From positions 186,001 through 250,000 of the forward strand of contig CP120458.1 of the NCBI GenBank assembly GCA_034226945.1: a stretch of 64,000 bases of DNA, given 5' to 3'. Position numbers and translations under genes: made by a program. This document shows, one piece after another, positions 58,129-64,000 of this stretch (position 1 is its first letter; every line of letters begins with the position of its first letter). The notes under the pieces are model-generated. The model saw only the letters and a list, made by a program, of their open reading frames with translations. It did not search any database and was not told the DNA's origin. The stretch comes from Picochlorum sp. SENEW3 (taxonomy: Eukaryota).

Positions 58129-59093
58129 GTTGTTTCAATCCTCTCCAACCATCATCAGTCATTCACCATGACGACATGGAATTTTCTTGGTAAAAAGATA
58201 TTACATAGTCCATGACATTGTCTACTATCAATTAACCAAGAACCTCAACGCACGTTTCTTCTCAAAACACCGTTATGTTTGCTTGGAGGGAACGAAAATG
58301 ACCATGCCAGCCTATCCAAGGGGTCCTGGGACCGAAGACGACGACCCCTCTCAAAACCGACGCCCACGACCCATCGGAGGGAGCCCACGACGGACGGTCT
58401 CGACGAGACACGCAAACGACCTTGAAATCGCCTTTCTCGATAGGGACCGAAACCATTAAAAAGGTATGCCAAACACGTATTCATTTGATGTATATTCTAT
58501 TACTATGACCGGAGAGGAGGAGCAACGAGGCTCGTGCGCAAAAGTGCCAGTCAACTGCCACATTCGTATCGTGTTTTGACCAACTTCGGGCGTGTCTCGC
58601 ACACATGATTCTTGGGCATCGAAGGACACGAACAAAAAAGAACACCCGGCTTCTCGGGGACGACTGGGAGGCCAGGGAGGAGAGTGACGAGCACCAGTCA
58701 CCCAAGAAGCAACATGGCAGAGGCTCTGCTCGGTTCCCCCAGAAGCGTCCCGTCGTGCACCAGACAACAAAGAGGACAGAGATATCCTTGCAGATCTGAT
58801 GACGCATTTGATCCAAAAGAACTGGTATGTAGAGTAAGCCATGGGCGGCCTCGGAAGGTGGGCCTGGTTACCTTCTGTAAAACAGGCAAGAGACTGCTCA
58901 TGACCAGAGTCCCCCTGTGATGTGAAACCAAGTTGTTGGTATACCAACAACCATACGTACGCTTGCAGATGATCGAACCTTGTCTTCTCCAGGCATGCTA
59001 CCATCCGCGGGATTTCACACTATATCAGGGATAGGAACGGATCATCTTCTCCATGAACCATGGATCTTCATCAAAATGGACATCTTGAAGAAC

Positions 59094-59720
59094 TTACTCT
59101 GCTGCTGTAGTCTCAGCAGCCTCACGTAAGGTTGGTGATCCTTTGAATGCATTATTTTCCTGACTTCCCCACTCGATCAGCGACACTTCATCATCACAAC
59201 ACCCTTCAACGTCTAGAATGGAATCCTGGGATTCTTCTCGTGCCAATGCAATACCAGATGAAGCCAAAATAGATAATGGTGGCAGATCCAATTCAGCTGT
59301 GTCACATGCAATGTGCTCCTCTACCACTGTGCTGTTTGCTTCAGTAGCGTCTTTGTCGACCGGATCACAAACCTCACTGATTGGTGCACTAGTATCGCCC
59401 TTGTCTGCACGAATATCATTCAACACATCACTGAGGTGTGCTTCAAAAGACTCCTTCTAGCCTGGGGAGCCTACAATCTCCACAACCTCTCCAGCAAAGA
59501 AAGCGAAGGAAAGTCATTAATGACTAACAAACGCCCACTACATCACCGAAAGCACGCACCATGCACCTGACAGCTCCTGTTCTATCTGAGAGCTTTGACC
59601 AGCAGCACATACTGCCCACCTTCAAACGTGGACATCTTTCATCTACCCAAGGTGTGCTCAGCAGATTTGAGGGGCTCGATTCCCTTGAAAGAGCCTTTAC
59701 TCATCCTCACCACTAAAATG
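59094..59720 (-). pseudogene. Decayed coding fragment of unknown origin
   Basis: Acidic protein-like frame 59094..59426 continues upstream and downstream through stops. Confidence 0.35.
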
Positions 59721-59846
59721 TTATAATTGATTGATTGCAAACAATGATATACCGGTAGGAAATAATATGGGACAAGAAAAATGCGAAATTCGAGGAGAAC
59801 GGAATTAAAAACAAGTCTCTCTGGACTACTTTGTCTCAACTAAAAG

Positions 59847-60719
59847 ATGCCAATGCATTCAGTATTGTTCCTGAAATGCTATCCATATTTGAGGAGGATG
59901 AGTTGCTATTATTACCGTGTGTACGCAACCTGGATTGGGTCTCCAACTTGTCCAACCCCGTTGAGAAGGAGGAAGAGTTGCTGCAGTGGTGGACCTCGTA
60001 GACTGGCCTCTGGGAGAATAACTGTGGGACAGGTGTACTCGAACCCTTCTGAAGAGACTTCTGGTGGGTCAGAACGATCCAAGGTGCCTTCATCGTCACC
60101 AATGGATGCAGCCATGTTCAACCTTGCAGAGATGCTGGGCATTGTTGTAGGTAGGGATTTATATCAGTGGTTTCTGGTAAGCTTTTGATACATATATGGC
60201 ACTCATGGTGTATGTGATGTATATTTAGGTGATGGCAATGCATCTTCTACGCGAGAGAATGATCGTGCTATTGTCACATCTGTTGAGGATGCAAAGGAGA
60301 GGATTACAGGTTTGTATGAATCCTCATACTTCTTTTCTGGAGAAGGACGTCAATCAGATTGGGATGTATTTGATGATGAATGTGAATTTATAGACGGTTT
60401 CAGTAGTTTTCGAGGCACAGGTCGTTTCCGTAGAAATGTGAGCAACTTTGGAAAGGTTTTGACAGAACCGACATGTTCCTTGGTTGCATTGGACGTCTCT
60501 GAACATGACGACACAAAGACATTGCTGGTTGCCTCGTGGATATTCAAAGCCAGGGTAAAGTGGATTGGTGGTTTGCTGGCAGCGTCGGGTGATACAACCT
60601 ATGTACTACAGAGAAGCTTGGATGGCATGGAGTACAGGGTTGTTCAGCATGACGAAAGGTGGAAAACCTCAAAATCTGCAGTGTTGAGAAATATGCTCTT
60701 CAATAGAATAAAAGAATAA
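59847..60719 (+). CDS. DUF2358/SnoaL-like protein; intron 60151..60228
   Basis: Phase-1 splice joins exon 1 to SYFFSG..VFDDECEFIDGFSSFRGTGRFRRN..VVQHDERW. Confidence 0.75.
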
Positions 60720-60772
60720 TAGTATATCATTGCCAAAATATATCAAATTCTACTGCATTCATTAATTATCAA

Positions 60773-63364
60773 TTAATTCTGATGTGAAAGTGTCTTGGAT
60801 GGTACAGGGTCAAGCGTGTCGGAGGAGTACAGAACTGAATCCTTCTCCACCGCAGGGACATGCTCGTGTTTGGATGCCAACACAAGTTTGCATCGACATT
60901 CACCATCGTTCCAAACAATTGGTTTGGACTTTTCTTCCGCACCCTGTGGATTCAAAATCAACTTGACCTTTTCCACTGCGGATTCTGGAATGACATAATA
61001 TCCCAAAAGTATCATTTGCAGTGACGCGCAGCGGCTTTGTAAGCATGCGTAACTGATGGCTTCTCCTTCAAAAGCAAAGGTTGAAGAATCTTGAACTTGC
61101 AATGCGCATGACTGATCCACATTGCTGTATATCTCGATTGAACCTGGAATCAGAGCTTCCTGCGCCAAAGACTTTGCAGAGAATGATGCAGAATTGATTG
61201 CTGCACCAATTGGCAATCTCTCTCTGTCTTCAAAGCGCGTCTGTTTACTCTCTCCAGAAAGCTTCTCAGCTATTATGCTAATGTCTGAAAAGCCTGTCTC
61301 TTCGTTCAGGTACCTAATGTTCAACTGACATGTAAGTATCAATGCATCCATTCTCATCATTTCAGGGGACGACAGGGCAAACCCAGAAATGTTTCTATCC
61401 ACTATCCATTTTGTGTCACTCAACACAATGGCTGCAGAGAATTCTCGAATATCCACAGCGCTTCTCAATTCATGAATATTCCTAGGGTCGCACTTCTTGT
61501 GAACCACTGTAATGTTGTTGAGGCCACCCCGTAGGCTGTCCAAGATTCCTTCTATTTCTGCTTCTTCATGCAAATTTAGAATCGTAACACTGCCACCATC
61601 TTCTAACCCCAGTTTCGAATCCAATGCTTTGATCAATGCCATGGAGTAACTATTTCCTGGCCAACCACAGATCAACACATTTGGACAAGAAGCAGTCCTA
61701 TCCTGATTTTCCAAGAGAGCAAAGAATCTCGTCGTCGACTCGTCTGAGGACGATGTCGATCCCCAATGAGAATTAAATCTGCCCGATAGAGATCTAGGAT
61801 CCCGCTGATAGACAGCAGACACTTTTCCAGCATTGGCCATGAACACATCAATGTCCCACGTGTCTTCCCCAGACTTGAACGATATGAATGGTGCCTCAAG
61901 AGCTTTGGTTGCAGACGGATGTACAGATTGAAGAAGAACAATCTGCTCACCTCGACCCATAACCCGATCAGGGTCTGGGTTCAAATCAAATTCCATCAGA
62001 TCCGTTCTCCCAAATCCAAAAGGCGTTGCATATTCAAAGTATTGCATTATTTCAGAAATCTTCTTCCCAACAAATCGCTCCCGTGTGTCGTGATAAATTC
62101 CGATGAAGCAAGGAGAGTTGTGATCAAACAAGTTGTGAGACACAACGCTGGCAACAGGATGTCTCAGCAAGCGAGCAGTCCTGAGGGTGTTGATCTTTGT
62201 TGTAAATATTGGTCGAACCGACGACGAGCACGAATACTTAATCAGCTCCAGTCCATCTTCCGTCTGCATCTCTGCAATAATAAGAGGTTTTTCATAGGAT
62301 GAATGGACAGCCTCATCCATGAGGACAGCACTGCGAAGAACTTGTGCATCAGATTCTCTGCACCGCTGGCTGTAATCACCAGCAATAATCACCGCCTTTG
62401 CTTTTTGAGCCGCGATTAAATCCAACGCCAAAGGATCCAAAGGCGATCCTTGTCGAAAGACGAGCCTGCATCCATACCTCAAATGCTCTGGCACTGCTGT
62501 TTCAAACAGTGACTCCATACCCAATTTCTCCTGCCCCTGACAGAGCACTGCAATCGCCACACCACCAGCAGTATTTCGATGCGATCCACAAATCTCTTTG
62601 ACAATACGAATTGCTTGATTCAGGTCCCGTGACGATTCCCCCCAGCAGAGCAGCACATAGTGCCCTTCTTCCATCACTGCCGACCCCTTCCTCACATTGC
62701 CTTCTAAAACCTCCAAAACAACCTGCTCTATCAGAGCCAATATCAACGCAAACGATGCCAAACCAATCACCGCAATCGTCACTGCGAAAATCTGCTCCGC
62801 TATCGCCACACCAGTTTCCTCTGGCAAATCTTGGCCCAATATAATTTTAAGTATTGAATACAGTGAATTCCAGAAATTAAAGACACCTCCGTTAATTTCT
62901 CCCTCCCCAGGAGGCACCATCTGCCCCTGTATAACTCCTCCAAGTAGTAATAAGAGCGTGTTGATCACCATGAATAACTGCAAATCACTCCACGTATCCT
63001 TCCTCCACAGAAAGTACTGATACAACAGCGTCTGCCAAAACTCATCCCACCCACCAGCCTTCTTTTCCCCCTTTCTGGATACTTTCTTACGAATCCAATG
63101 AACTTTCTGTGCTACAGATGTATCCTGATCAGATAATCTATTACGGTTTATCGACGGAGGAGCCGTGTGACGAGTATCTGATCCATTGTCATCCCTTCTT
63201 GCCCTCATAATTGGTCTATGGATCTGTCTCTGGACTCCTTTGTATATATTTATATTTCTCTGAACTATCAGTGGCCTTGTATGCCGAGGATGAGCGGTAC
63301 CCTTGTCCAACCCTACCAACCCCCTCCGCATGGCACATGGAAATGTTGTTGCTAGAGAAAGCAT
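60773..63364 (-). CDS. CASTOR/POLLUX (DMI1)-like ion channel with RCK domains
   Basis: TM segments, then FALILALIEQ..NVRKGSAVMEEGHYVLLCWG, RQGSPL..AQKAKAVII and NVLICGW. Confidence 0.8.
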   Translation of the reverse strand: MLSLATTFPCAMRRGLVGLDKGTAHPRHTRPLIVQRNINIYKGVQRQIHRPIMRARRDDNGSDTRHTAPPSINRNRLSDQDTSVAQKVHWIRKKVSRKGEKKAGGWDEFWQTLLYQYFLWRKDTWSDLQLFMVINTLLLLLGGVIQGQMVPPGEGEINGGVFNFWNSLYSILKIILGQDLPEETGVAIAEQIFAVTIAVIGLASFALILALIEQVVLEVLEGNVRKGSAVMEEGHYVLLCWGESSRDLNQAIRIVKEICGSHRNTAGGVAIAVLCQGQEKLGMESLFETAVPEHLRYGCRLVFRQGSPLDPLALDLIAAQKAKAVIIAGDYSQRCRESDAQVLRSAVLMDEAVHSSYEKPLIIAEMQTEDGLELIKYSCSSSVRPIFTTKINTLRTARLLRHPVASVVSHNLFDHNSPCFIGIYHDTRERFVGKKISEIMQYFEYATPFGFGRTDLMEFDLNPDPDRVMGRGEQIVLLQSVHPSATKALEAPFISFKSGEDTWDIDVFMANAGKVSAVYQRDPRSLSGRFNSHWGSTSSSDESTTRFFALLENQDRTASCPNVLICGWPGNSYSMALIKALDSKLGLEDGGSVTILNLHEEAEIEGILDSLRGGLNNITVVHKKCDPRNIHELRSAVDIREFSAAIVLSDTKWIVDRNISGFALSSPEMMRMDALILTCQLNIRYLNEETGFSDISIIAEKLSGESKQTRFEDRERLPIGAAINSASFSAKSLAQEALIPGSIEIYSNVDQSCALQVQDSSTFAFEGEAISYACLQSRCASLQMILLGYYVIPESAVEKVKLILNPQGAEEKSKPIVWNDGECRCKLVLASKHEHVPAVEKDSVLYSSDTLDPVPSKTLSHQN

Positions 63365-63473
63365 ATTACCAGCTTTGATATTCAAATACGCATGCGTATT
63401 TTATAAAAACATTCTCATTATCTAATACAACTATCTGCTAATATTATATGGATTGGTTGAAATTACGATTGCT

Positions 63474-64000
63474 CTATGGAGCCCTTGATGCAACAGACCG
63501 ACGGGTCACTCTGGACTGATTCTTCTTTGTCTCCATATTAGTGACGTTATCATCATCCCTTAAATCATCAGATGATGCGCTTACATCTTTCTTGACTGCA
63601 TTGTCTGCTGCTTCACTCCAGTAGAAGAGCGTCTTTGCTTCTCCATTCATATAGGCATGTAAAAAGGTTGTTGCCAAGACGCTTGGGACAATGTACAACA
63701 GGGCTGGCTGGGCAGCCTTGAAGACATTCATCACGACAATTGTCGCAACAACACCAATCACATATCCCAAAAAACACGAGTAGAACAAGCGTGGCTTTCC
63801 TGTGGATGCCTGCTTGGGTGTCACCAGGTGCTTCTGGACATCATACCTCAAGATGATGGCAACCATGATTCCTGGAATAACAATATCTCCGAGACCTAGC
63901 ATGGAAAATTCTGCTGCTGCCAGCTCCTTTGGGAAGAGCAATTTGATGGGAGCATCAAAGGACTTGGCCACAGAGACCATGACAGGGGTGCAAAAGACCC
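63474..64000 (-). CDS. SPP: Signal peptide peptidase (GxGD aspartyl protease), 3' part
   Basis: Motifs TPVMVSVAKSFDAPIKL, LGLGDIVIPG and AAQPALLY. Confidence 0.93.
   Translation of the reverse strand, partial: VFCTPVMVSVAKSFDAPIKLLFPKELAAAEFSMLGLGDIVIPGIMVAIILRYDVQKHLVTPKQASTGKPRLFYSCFLGYVIGVVATIVVMNVFKAAQPALLYIVPSVLATTFLHAYMNGEAKTLFYWSEAADNAVKKDVSASSDDLRDDDNVTNMETKKNQSRVTRRSVASRAP

Noticed and set aside
1..64000. CRISPR arrays, tRNA/rRNA genes, prokaryotic operons
   Set aside because: No regularly spaced repeats, cloverleaf or rRNA signatures seen. Spliceosomal introns show the DNA is eukaryotic.

Overview
Gene-dense eukaryotic nuclear DNA with short GT-AG introns, plastid-targeted genes (ALB3, RPL21, NFU) and TGTAA-type 3' ends. 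It is most consistent with a compact chlorophyte green alga (Picochlorum-like; inference only). Blocks of housekeeping genes (MOR1/XMAP215, SNIP1/DDL, ALB3, PP4R3, RPL21, acetyl-CoA transporter, lipase, SWR1/PIE1, NFU, UAP56, MAM33, proteasome beta7, CASTOR/POLLUX-like, SPP) are interrupted by three accessory islands. (1) About 18.3-31.0 kb, bounded by a 71-bp direct repeat, holding a non-autonomous hAT element with an 8-bp TSD, an orphan ORF, a secreted PLA2-like gene, an apparently intact pogo-type DD43D transposon and a Pumilio gene. (2) About 40.9-47.0 kb, holding a multidomain secreted PLA2-like gene and a virophage/Polinton-like-virus-type tyrosine recombinase broken by one in-frame stop. 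(3) About 56.2-60.2 kb, bounded by a 390-bp direct repeat, holding an ABCB pseudogene and a sulfotransferase. The most striking pattern is that two highly diverged secreted PLA2-like genes each sit tail-to-tail with the same ~0.95-kb decayed sequence, which in one copy runs directly into the tyrosine recombinase. All calls are by eye from motifs; no searches were run.
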